This document shows, piece by piece, positions 1-10,842 of a DNA stretch of 64,000 bases. The position numbers and the translations under genes were made by a program. The notes beneath the pieces are model-generated. The model worked only from the letters and a program-made list of their open reading frames with translations. It did not search any database and had not been told where the DNA came from. Within the stretch, counting starts at the first letter, position 1; the number at the start of each line of letters is the position of its first letter. Origin of the DNA: Macrostomum lignano (taxonomy: Eukaryota); assembly GCA_002269645.1 (NCBI GenBank), contig NIVC01002547.1, positions 60,849-124,848 on the forward strand. The letters run 5' to 3'.

Positions 1-98
1 CTTCTTGCGATTAAGCAATGTTTCATTTGGATTTTCCACGTCATCCAATTGTCCTTCCTGAGCTTCTCTATGTGCCATTTTTCTTCGCTTGCAGCCAT
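1..98 (-). CDS. Ty1/Copia gag N-terminus (continues beyond the left edge of the window)
   Basis: Minus strand from ATG at 98 reads MAASEEKWHIEKLRKDNWMTWKIQMKHCLIAR, matching the Copia gag N-terminal pattern (IEKL..DN..TWK.QM). It lies downstream of a PBS and an LTR. Confidence 0.85.
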   Translation of the reverse strand, partial: MAASEEKWHIEKLRKDNWMTWKIQMKHCLIAR

Positions 99-199
99 AG
101 CAACGTAACTGATCGACCGAGCGATCAAGTTTCCAGATGGCACGAACAACCAGATTACCAGAATGATCTAGTACATCGAAGTACTCGCAGTGGCCTCGG

Positions 200-499
200 C
201 TGGGCCTATAACCTGTTGAAGTTTGCTTCTTTTAATTAAGTATATTTTATCAGTTTGAACAAAAAGAAATACACAAGATGAAAAATTGAGCAGTTTGGGG
301 GGGCACTTAAAGTATTAGCGTATTTGCGATATGAACTAACAACCATAGATATATCGGTACGATACTGTATTGAATATTTATTGAACTTTCTAGAAAGGGA
401 TACGCACAGCTATTTGCATTAACAATATTAATCAATATTATGTATCTGACAATTACTATATAAAGTACTAAAAGTACGAGCTATATACTATAAACAACA
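200..499 (-). mobile_element. Copia 5' LTR (214-499) and primer-binding site (200-213)
   Basis: The LTR is bounded by TGTTG...CAACA (214-218, 495-499). On the minus strand it is followed immediately by GGTTATAGGCCCAG, a copia-type PBS for an internal tRNA-iMet fragment. Predicted TSD is ATCCC (500-504). Confidence 0.85.
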
Positions 500-1324
500 A
501 TCCCGACCATCAAACCATCACAGCTCATCGACGTTAACCATGAAGAGGTGCAGAGCTGGCACAGAAACTATGTCCAAGACATGAAGGCGCGTTTCGATGA
601 TCGCAAGGGTGTCAACGAGCACGACGTCAGAGTCGGCAACAAAGTTCTGCGAAAGAAGCAACCACGTAACAAACTGCAGCTGCCGTTCGAGCCACATCCT
701 TGGACAGTCAAGCAGGTCCAGGGACACGTGTGTCCTGCAACGCGGCGAACAGTCCTGCATGCGCCACGTCTCGCAGCTGCGGCCCCTGGTCGGAGAGCCT
801 GCCGGCCAGCCTGCCGGCCAGCCTGCCGGAGAGCCTGCCGGCCAGCCTGCCGGAGAGCCTGCCGGCCAGCCTGCCGGAGAGCCTGCCGGCCAACCTGCCG
901 GCCAACCTGCCGGCGAACCTGCCGGCCAACCTGCCGGAGAGCCTGACGGCCAACCTACCGGTCAGCCCGCCGGTCTATCCAGCGGTAGCATCGCCACGCG
1001 AGAACATCCAAGAGCTGCCCGTAACAGAGTGCTCAGCTACAAATTGTGATCCTAGGGTTTTGTGCGTGGGCGGGCCGCTTTGATTGCTTTGGGGTTTGGG
1101 CTGGTAGTAACTGAGTAATTGAGCTCGTTTTTTTATCCCCTGGGATCTCTCTGGTTGGGGAGAATTGTAGGCACCTGCTGCCTAGTGCTTGCATAATAAG
1201 TGTTTTTAGTCCTGGTGTGCATTTCCGATGTACATCCAATATTCTTGGCTTTTTGTTTTTAATGTACGCAGTCTCAACTGCAGGGTCGCTGCTAAATATA
1301 TAAATCAATCGCACAGAGCCTACA
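500..1324 (+). mobile_element. Gypsy/Ty3 LTR retrotransposon 3' end: integrase C-terminus (500-1049), PPT and 3' LTR (1166-1324)
   Basis: Reads ...KARFDDRKGVNEHDVRVGNKVLRKKQPRNKLQLPFEPHPWTVKQVQG, then after a 1-nt shift at ~720 DTCVLQRGEQSCMRHVSQLRPL...RAARNRVLSYKL*. PPT GGGGAGAA at 1157-1164. LTR has 7-bp inverted termini TGTAGGC...GCCTACA. Confidence 0.8.
797..962 (+). repeat. 12-bp coding tandem repeat (PAGQ/PAGE) in the Gypsy integrase tail
   Basis: About 13 copies of GCCTGCCGG(CCA/AGA), in frame with ORF 597..1049. Confidence 0.9.
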
Positions 1325-3327
1325 ATAGATTGAGGCTTTATCGGCTACACACAACACATAACTTTCTCTCGGCTTCGCTCTCTACACCATCCTTTCCGTC
1401 TTCCATTTGCGACAAGACGACTTTGCTACTATAGGACTTATGAACTGACATATAATCCAATCTACTAAAATTTTCGTTTCATTTTTACGATATACAGAGC
1501 ACCGATATTATACATACTATAATTTAAGATGCACCGGTGTATAATTAATTACATACGTTTAACAGATGCAGTGATATAGTGTGTAAACTGAGTGTCCATA
1601 ATTTTCTTCATCGATTGGTGTATTGCACTAGGTCGCCTAAGATTTGGCGTGATTAGGGGTGTCGGAAACTTTTTAGCGCTAGATGTTATACTGGGCTGCC
1701 TCAAACTATATACATACATGAGTGGACAGAATACCAGAACTCTCCCTGCGGCTGCATGGCACTCGTGGTCTGCACCAAACAATACAGTGAATCAGTAATT
1801 GGCTAATGAAAAAGATTATTGTACATCACTTTTTGTAAGATAACAATAACATGAACAATCTGAAGTCCATGATGCAGATAAACGAAAAATAAAGAATTGA
1901 ATTGAAAGGAGCTTAAGTAATATAAATAGTCACATAGATAATATTATTCCGTTCAATTCAAAATTAAATTATCGCGCTAAAAAGCTATTGAAATTGGATT
2001 AATAGTTAGCGCAATTTAAATTTATACGTCAGTTTAAGGCAGGTGACTGACTTTAACTGGTTTTAAACCTCCCCGCGCCGGCCTGGCCTCGTTAGGGGGT
2101 TGTTTAGGTAGGTGCGGGTGCTCTGTGTGTGCGTCCGGGGCTTAGGGCCGCCTCCCCCTTCCACTGTGTGCTATTATAGTCTCGCGTTCGCGGCCGCTGA
2201 GTCGGCACCCGGCATAATTTTTAGCGAAATATATCTTTCTGTTTTACATCATAAAAAATAATAGACTTCGTCGCTTAAGGGGTTCGCTTCACCTTTCTGG
2301 ACCGAGTTTACCGCTCTTTTGTGCTACTTGCTTTGCGTTTATCTTTTGGGGTTTTACCTGTTAATTAGATGTTTAAAACATGTGCGAATGCTGAACAAAG
2401 TACAAAGTAAAAATGAAAATAACATTGTACTTTTTTGAAGCGCTATTTAGTAAGAAAAGTTTCCTGCATTAGAAAACGTATTTATCAGCTAATTCGCTTA
2501 CACCGAAAAACTAATTATGAAAACAACACTGAATTTAAACGTACTTTTGTTTTCTAAGAAACAACAAGGTAAGAGATCGAGGCAGGTGACTGACTGACAA
2601 GGTAAGGCCTAACTGACAAGGTAAGGCAAGGTAACACAAGGCAAGGACTATAAGCCCTACCCGCGAAAATAAGTAAACTAAAACCCTTACCCAACCTGAA
2701 AATTTTTGTGCAAAGCCACCTTGAGGCTTGAGTGGTATAAAATAAAATGAGTCTGATTAATAAAATGGAGCCAATTTTTTCACATTCAGTTAATATTAAT
2801 CAAGAAATTGTTTTACAAAAAACAACGAAACTGCACTGCACTAAGGCTAAGCCTAGTGCCCTAATTACCATATATAGACTTACCTAAGGTTTTTATAAAT
2901 TGATAAATTTCATATTATTTATAACATGAATTTAATGCTCCCTGACAGTAATATACTTAAAATGTGACAGTATTTGCAGGATTTAAACTTTATTATGGCA
3001 TGGCAATGCATGCCTGGCTCAAAATCTATATTGTATTACTGAGTGTGTGCCATGGCAATGTCATAGGACTACCATAGGCCTAATTTCTATCATTGACTAT
3101 ATATCTTTAGTCTGATTGCTTTTTTACTTCAAGCTGAAAACTAAATACAAAGTAAAGTTGAAAAAACTAACTTACTTTTACACAATTATATGCCAAATTA
3201 GAAGGTCTAAGCTAGGTTTTTTGTATATACAGTGTCACAAGTGTGTGTCTACAACCTTAATTTTGAAACTACAATCATACCTTAAAATAGAAAAATTGGG
3301 TGCAGTTTAAGTGTAGTCTGATAGGGC

Positions 3328-4430
3328 CAGTGTTGGGCACTTCCGTTACCGAGTAACTTGCAAATGGTAACGCAAGTTACTTTTTCGTAAAGCGTTCCTT
3401 ACGCAAGTTACTTTTTTATTTTAGTAACGGAGTAACGGTAAGTTACTCAAATTTCGGAAGTCCGTTACAGTTACTTTGCAACAATCGCAATATTTAAATT
3501 AAAAACTGAAATGCTTAGCTAGTACGCCGGTTGTCACATGTTTTTGCATTTTTCATTCATAAATTCAAAATTAAGTGAATAGTATCATATGGTATTGCGC
3601 TTAATTAATGAAGAAATACTTAAAACATGTTTTACTTTGTTAATATTGGTAAAATATTTTCGCCTTTCATTGAGGCTTTTCATATTACCAATTCCAGAAT
3701 CAGAATCGGTTCGGATCTTCCAAGAAAAACAGCAGTATAACTATTTAATTCTGTTGAATGTTTGACTGCCTTAACAACCTCACATAGCACAATTTTTCAC
3801 TTTCTTCTTAGCGATTTTCATTCAATAATAAAAACTTTATAGCACGTATCTCCCTCTAGTTATGGAGACAAAAAGTTATACTTCACAAATTGGTTCTGAT
3901 TCTGGAACCAGAACTAGCTATATGAAAAGGCCCATTTTCGTTACTAAAAATTTTCAAGTTTGATTCAAACAAACAACCAAAGAAAGAAATTCATCTGTAG
4001 CCTCCACAAGTCCCTCCACTGGCACTGCAGTACACTACACCATTTTATACAGTTCTATTTATTTTACTCTATTGAATTATTGATATTCGTTTATTTTATC
4101 ATTTATAATTTTAATTATTGATTGCCATTGCCCATTGGTCCTTCTATTTGCCTCACATCGTGTCGCCAATTCCTGTCTCTGTCTGTTAATCGGTTAATCC
4201 CAATGCCCAATGGCAAATTTCGGTAACAACAATGTGAAAAATGTGCAATGTGAAAAAAGCAGAAAATTTTGTTAATAACATGGGTAACGGAAGTGAGTAA
4301 CGGACAGTAACTTAAAAGTTACCAGGTTTTTGTCTAAAGTTACTAGGCTAACGTAAGTTACTTTTTAAAAATTGGTAACTTAAGTTACAGTAACGCAAGT
4401 TACTTTTTTTAAGTAACTTGCCCAACACTG
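3328..4430. mobile_element. Non-autonomous hAT-type DNA transposon (MITE), 1,103 bp
   Basis: TIRs CAGTGTTGGGCA / TGCCCAACACTG. Perfect 8-bp TSD GATAGGGC at 3320-3327 and 4431-4438. Many subterminal GTAAC/GTTAC motifs. No ORF. Confidence 0.92.
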
Positions 4431-5139
4431 GATAGGGCCTAACCTATTTTTCTTTTTAAGGCTCAAGACTCATTTAATAAGAGAAATTGCACTCTAAGCC
4501 ATAAAATTGCATCTTGAAATTTGGCACAAGATGCAATTTTGTACTTAGTTCTGGCAAAAACCCAAGATCTAAGACAAGTAGTATAAAGACGCACACGTCT
4601 TTTTGCCACTAGTGAACGGGCTTCTTTTTAGATGTGGGTCTTCATACTACTTGATAAACCTAGTTTTGTACCGATGAAAAAGAACTTTGAGAAGCTCAAT
4701 AAAAATGTAAATCTCTACTTCTCCCATTTTCTCTTTTTGTCTGTTCTGTTTCTCTCCACTCTAATCTCTCTCTAGTCTCCCCTCTCCTCTCCTCTCGCTT
4801 CTAGCTCTCGTCTTATCTCTTATCTTCTCTTTAGTCTTATCTCTTCTCTATTCTCTTTCTCTCGCATCTGACCTGCAGCCATGAGCTGGAATAGAATCTT
4901 CTATAATAGGCTCTAGAAGGCCTCTATATAAAAAATTCCTAATGACTAAAGTCTACAGAGCGTAGCAGGGTTATATACTAACTCATTAAGCTGGTTGTTT
5001 CGGCGTATGCTCCGCTTAGCATCAGCTTAAGTGCTTGGAAAGTCAAGCTAGTTTTGTGGGACATAAACGTAAACCTCGTACTCTCAACTCAATCAGATAG
5101 TACACTTAAGTTACCCTAAGGCTCTTCATTCTCCAATGG

Positions 5140-5462
5140 AGTTGCAAAGAAAGCTATAAATAAAGTCTTTCTAAAACACTGTATATACCTACTTCAGAAG
5201 CCGTATCGCCTGACTTTTTAGTTAGGGGGAGGATTGTATACGTAGTGACTTGGATCTTGTGCCCGACAAACTTTGTACTGGGCTTGCAATTCAAATGTGC
5301 TAAATTTATTACGAAATTTTAATCACGTGATGCCCATTTATTGATCTAATTTCCCTTGGTCTGTGTGCAAGTCAAATGAAGCTCTATTACACGCCCTCCA
5401 AACCAAGCCGCCAAGCCCTCTCGCGTTGCCACAACCCCACTTGGAAGGGACGGGTGTGTACA
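5140..5462 (+). mobile_element. Possible decayed LTR retroelement remnant (integrase-like fragment, PPT, LTR)
   Basis: SNGVAKKAINKV-like peptide near 5130-5170 (compare integrase SNG.AER). PPT AGGGGGAGGA at 5224-5233 is followed by TGTA (5235) ... TACA (5462). Confidence 0.35.
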
Positions 5463-5480
5463 TTGTATGTACGATTATTC

Positions 5481-5519
5481 TTTCCTTTCCTTTCCTTTCC
5501 TTTCCTTTCCTTTCCTTTC
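5481..5519. repeat. (TTTCC)n microsatellite
   Basis: About 8 perfect pentamers. Confidence 0.95.
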
Positions 5520-8114
5520 TAACCAGCTTAACTTAGCCTAATGCCAAAGCCATGCAAGCAATTGCATGCAAATGCAGATTATGCAAAGTGGTATGCAGCT
5601 TAATGTGATGAATTTCGATGCAAAAAGGCATTTTTTACCTGTAAAAAATCATCGAATCATTGTAAAACTCAAGAAATTTGTTAAATTAACTGTCTAGAAC
5701 ACTATGCATTGTTTTCAGTGCAAAATTCCTAAGATTTCAAGTTTAAATAGCCCCGGAACTAACATAAGAGTAAAAAATCAAGTTTTCAGTTTTTTATAGA
5801 TATTTTTTTACCCAATGAACCGAATGTCTAGAAATTGCACACAAATATGCCTCGTTTTGTGGGAAATCAGCCGTCATAAAAATAATTCCATCCTAATACG
5901 TTATTTTGCCTGATTTCAAGCAAAATATTAAATAATCACTACTTAGATCGATTTTCAATCACTTTTGACACATGAGCACTTGTTGAAGACACTCAAAAAC
6001 TTGGTCAATTTTAGCCAGACATTAGTACAACTAATTGCAGTGTCCGCATTTGATTTACCATTCTTTAAAAAAATTAATCACCCATTTTTCTGGCACCCAA
6101 TTAGCCAAAAATCACAAATTATTGATTTCTGATCAATTTTTCAACCCAAAAGTAGCAAAATCAGATGGTGGCAATTCAAACCAATATAGTATAGCAACTA
6201 TGCTATAGAAATTCAAAGTCGGATTATTCGCACCATGTTCTCAAAATTATAATGAGCAATAATGTGAAAGTCATGTGATTTTTTTCAAAATAGATCTTTG
6301 TCAATTTTCTTAGCACTGCAGAATTGTAGGAAAACAAAACTTTAGACACTTGTAGATTTTTGCATTGCGCATCTAACTGCACTGCTTTGAAGCCGAAACT
6401 CAAAAAGCTTCGTAGGAAAAAGTGGGGAAATAATAAAATGAGAGTCATTTTTTTACCCAAAAAACCCACCAAAACTGAATAAAGATGTCGAAATAAATTA
6501 AAGTGCCATGTACCATTTTGTAGGAAATTTAGTTTTACAACTTTGATCCTTAGATGTTGATGTCGAAACCGTATCTCGTAAGGTGTACCAGAATTTTGAG
6601 ATCTCCCAGAAGCACTTTTGAAAAAATCGTCTCTCTAGTTAATTTACGGCTTAGTAATAAAACCTCTGCACTTAAAAGTATATTTATTCGATAGATCTAA
6701 AAGTTTTCTATCGATCAATACCTCACTCAACTCAATCGGTGCAGTGGTTGCAAAACAAGAACATTTTTTAGCGAAAAAATGTGAAATTTAAAAATGCATG
6801 TGAGTCTAACTTATTTACTTGTAAATACTTTCTAGCCCATGTCAGCCTTCGGCCACCATGGGTAGAAATTATTTACTCGCCCTTGGCCCTTGGTGGGGCC
6901 TTGGGTTCTCTTGCTCTCGCCTGACGCCGCCTTCGGCGACCCTGGGCTCAGCTTGTTCACTGGTGGAACTAGGCCTAGATTGTGCTATTCAGTCATATAT
7001 ATTTAGTAAAATAGCTTTCTACTTTCAGTTCAATAGCAAAGAAGAATACACTATTTTATAAAAATAAAAACTGTTGAGATGACTTTGATAAGTTAAGAAG
7101 CCAAGCTTTTAGAGATAAATAGCTTGCTAATTAGTTTAGCCATTAATATATATTAGCTACTAAAATTTACAAAGCAGATTTATACTAGAACAAGCAAAGA
7201 AAGTAATGAAAAATAGGTGGCACTATAGGGTTAAAGGTTCTAAATGAAGTTTAAAGGTTTAAGCTTGGGAATAATAATTTAATTAGCTATTAAGCATTGA
7301 TATTATTAGGCCTACTATTTCTATTATATTACTCCTGCCTAGTCTATTATTACTAGTCTATTATTATTGCCCATGTATGCTGACTTTGAATAGGTCCAAT
7401 GTTTTATTTGAGCAATTTGCTACTTTTGCCTAAATAGTACTAGCTTATATAATTTGAAATATTTTATTTTAGCCTTCTAGGTTTAATTTAATTAATACTA
7501 TATAGCTTAAAAAATCAATAATATTGCAATAGTAAGAGTTATCAAAATAAAGAGTTATGTACCTAATTTGGTTTTTGATATATTCCTATATATATAATAG
7601 TTCATTATTAACAAACTCAGCATTTGACCTAAAAGTATAGAAATATCCTAATACATATTCAAGTATCACCAATATAAAGCTATTACTCAACGATAGTAAT
7701 TAATAATATTTAAGAGTTATAGTTCAATTAGTATTTAAATTCATTTATCTATATCGATGCAAATGAATATAATGGCCCTTAAAAATTCTTATAGCTAAAT
7801 TGCTTACTGACTCTTACCAGTTAACTGTTAACTATATTAGTATATCTGTTAATATACTATATCAGTAAACTATAAAAATGTCCCAATTGCCAATGCCCAA
7901 ATGTTAGAGCATGAGAACAAGGATGTTCTTCTCTTGAAACAACAGCTACATCCTAAATCTTGAGCCTTGATAGCTATGCTATGTGAAATGAAGCCAATCC
8001 TAGTTAAGGGCGCTCATGGCTCAAAGGCTTCTAGCTCTTCATTGCATAGACCAGACCCAGTTGATGGCAAACCACTTGGACCTAATGGGCCAAATGCCTT
8101 CACCTCGTTGCTGC

Positions 8115-10405
8115 ATGGCGCTGTCCGATGCGGACTTCCAGAGCCTCCAGCAACAGCTGGTGGACGCGAAGTCCGCTCTATACCAGTCGCGCGAGGACGG
8201 CCTGAAGCTCAAGCAGGAGCTGCTGGACCAGCGGGCTCGCTCAGCTGACCTGGAGCGGGACGCGGCCCGAGCTGCGGACCTGCTGGCACGGAGCCGGCGC
8301 GCCCGGGAACTCGAGCAGCTGATGGCGGACAACGAGAAGCTGCGAGTGAAGGTGCAAAACGCTGAGGACGACTTCAAGCTGCAGTACGCCACCCTCATGA
8401 CCGAGTACAGCAGCGTGCTGTCCGAGAATGAGCGCCTGCAGAGCCAGCTGGAGACCTACAAGGCTGCCAGTCGGCGCGTCGCACCTGCAGACGGCGCCGC
8501 CGATTCCGTCGATGTGGCTGACGCTGGCGACACGGCAGATTCGGCAGCGGATGCAGCAGAGCCCGCGCTGCAGAGATCTGAGGACTATCTGGACCAGAAG
8601 GTGGCCATCCTGCAGGTGAGCCGTGCTGTAGCAGGCGTGAAGTCGGTGGCTAATGCCAGTCTAGTCGGTGGCTAATGCCAGTCTAGAATCTAAATCCCCA
8701 TCTGGCCCATTTTTATTATTCATCAGGCCGAAGTGACGAAGCTGTGCGAGGAGAAGTCGGCCCTGCAGCTGCAGCTTTCTGCGTCGGAGGAAGAACGGAC
8801 GGCTCTGCAGGCGGCCAAGAAGGAGCTGCTGAACCAGATCGGCGAGTTCCAGCTGGCCACTGACGAGCTGCGCCGGGCCAATCAGCAGGCGGAGGCGGCG
8901 GTAGAGGCGGAGCGGGCGTCGAACGGGGCCGCACTGGCCAAGATGGCCGAGGCCACGGAGCGCCGGCTGGAGCGGCAGCGGCGCGAGGCGGACCTGGCGC
9001 TGGGCGAGCTCGAGCGCCGACTGCGCGCCGAAGCAGCGGAGGCCGAGCGGGACCTGCAGGACCGGCTGGCCGAGGCGGAGACGCGGCTAGTGGCTGAGGA
9101 GGAGCGGCGGCAGCAGCAGCTGGCCGAAGCGGCTGCGGAGGCGGAGGCGCGGGCAGCGGAGGCGGCCGAGCGGGCCAGCGCGGAGGCGGAGGAGCTGCGG
9201 GCTGCGCAGCGGAGCCTGAGTGCTGAGCTTGAGACCGCCCGATCGGACGCGGAGGCGGCCCGCAGCGAAGTTTCGGAGCTCCGGCAGCAGCTGCAGGACA
9301 GCCAGCAGGATGTGCGCCTGGCCGAGCGGAAGGTGGAGCTGCACGTCCGCGACCTGCGCAAGCAGCTGGCCGCCGAGAAGCGCCGCTGCGCTCGCCTTCA
9401 GGAGAAACTCCGCGATTCCTTGGCTGGGCAGCAGCCAGATGACCAGGGACTGCTGAATGTAAGTCTGGACGGCCGCGCCTACAAACTTTTATTTGTAGAT
9501 AGAGAAACCTCTGATTTTGTAATCCTCGTTTTGGTAAATCTGGTTCTGGTAATCCATTCTGGTTAATCTGATTCTGGTTAATCTGATTCTGGTTAATCTG
9601 ATTCTGGTTAATCTGATTCTGGTAATCCTGATTCTGGTTAATCTGATTCTGGTTAATCTGATTCTGGTAATCCTTATTCTCGTAATCCTGATTCTGGTAA
9701 TCCTGATTCTGGTAATTCCGATTCTGGTAATCCTGATTCTGGTAATCTTGAACTGGAGTGAGACCATATGCGATCGCCAACTGAAGATTAGCAGAATTGA
9801 GCCGCGAGCTCGAGCCCCAAGTCAATGCATTTGCCGCCCGCCCTCAGCGCGCCAGCCAGGCCAGCCCGGACGACAAGGCCTCCAACCTGTCGTGGAACAG
9901 CGGCAGCTGCCTGGACGCGGGCGGCGGCAGCGGCGGCGCGCCGGAGTCCGAGCAGGACCAGCGCGACTTGCGCGACCTCATCGACCGGCTGACGCGGCTC
10001 CAGGCGCACAACTCGCAGCTGCGGGACCAGGTGGAGCTGCTGGAGACGGCGAACTCCGCCATGGCCGAGGACCTGCTTCAGAAGAGCAGCCTCATCGACC
10101 GCTACCTGCAGACAGGCCGGCCCGCTCCAGCCTCCCAGACCGCCTCCCCCGCCCACGCAACCAACCGCGGAGGCGGCAACAGCAGCGGCTCGGCGGCGAC
10201 CGCGGCCTCGCAGCTGTCGGCGCGGTTCTCCGCCAAGCTGTCGGAGCTGACGAAGCCGCAGCAGGCCAGCGACTATCGGGACATGAACAAGAACCTCCGG
10301 GACATGCTGGAGGAGCTGCTCATGAGGAACATTCACCTTGAGGAGGCTGTGCAGCACCTGGCCAAGGAGCTGCAGGAGGCAAAGTCTGCCGGCCCCACAG
10401 CCTGA
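8115..10405 (+). CDS. GRIPAP1: GRIP1-associated protein 1 (GRASP-1) homolog, long coiled coil; exons 8115-8615, 8727-9458, 9848-10405
   Basis: N-terminus MALSDADFQSLQQQL...LMADNEKLRVKVQNAEDDFKLQYATLMTEYS and C-terminus MAEDLLQKSSLIDRY...DMNKNLRDMLEELLMRNIHLEE match GRIPAP1 termini as I recall them. Both introns are GT-AG and phase 0, and the frame stays open. Confidence 0.85.
9535..9752. repeat. 15-bp minisatellite in GRIPAP1 intron 2 (GATTCTGGTAATCCT / GATTCTGGTTAATCT)
   Basis: About 14 tandem copies. Confidence 0.95.
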
Positions 10406-10842
10406 CGCTGATTATGCTTTGGCTTCCTGCTAATTGACTGACCTTCAGGTTGGCTCGCCAACCCCATTCTCAGCCTCCGCCATTCCAGCCCGAGCCCTCA
10501 GTCTAGTCCTTGAGCTGCCACGCCTGTGCCGTTTGTGCACCAGCTTTAGCTGAATTCATAATGCACTTTGCTGCCTTAGTATAAATATTTCAATGATTCC
10601 TTCGATTCGCTACTTATAGTAGGTGGTTGGTGATTTTTTGTATTCAAACTCACTTTCTGTTATGTAAAAATCTTCCACTGTCTTCTCGATTCTCGTTAGT
10701 GTGCGTTCAGTTTGATTTGTTTCCTGCTTGTACAAATCCGTTTATTCTTTTTGTACTGGTATGTCTCCACGACCGCTATGAAATTTCCAAAATTGCTTTG
10801 TGCGGTTTAATTCAGCTTAATGGGCTGCTTGCGAGTCTTTAG

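Noticed and set aside
5640-6850. Transposon-like AT-rich segment
   Set aside because: I could not identify terminal inverted repeats or a TSD, so it is not reported as a feature.
8716-10357. Long minus-strand ORFs opposite GRIPAP1 (and similar antisense ORFs over the BTB, BiP and protease exons)
   Set aside because: Shadow ORFs caused by GC3-rich coding on the other strand.
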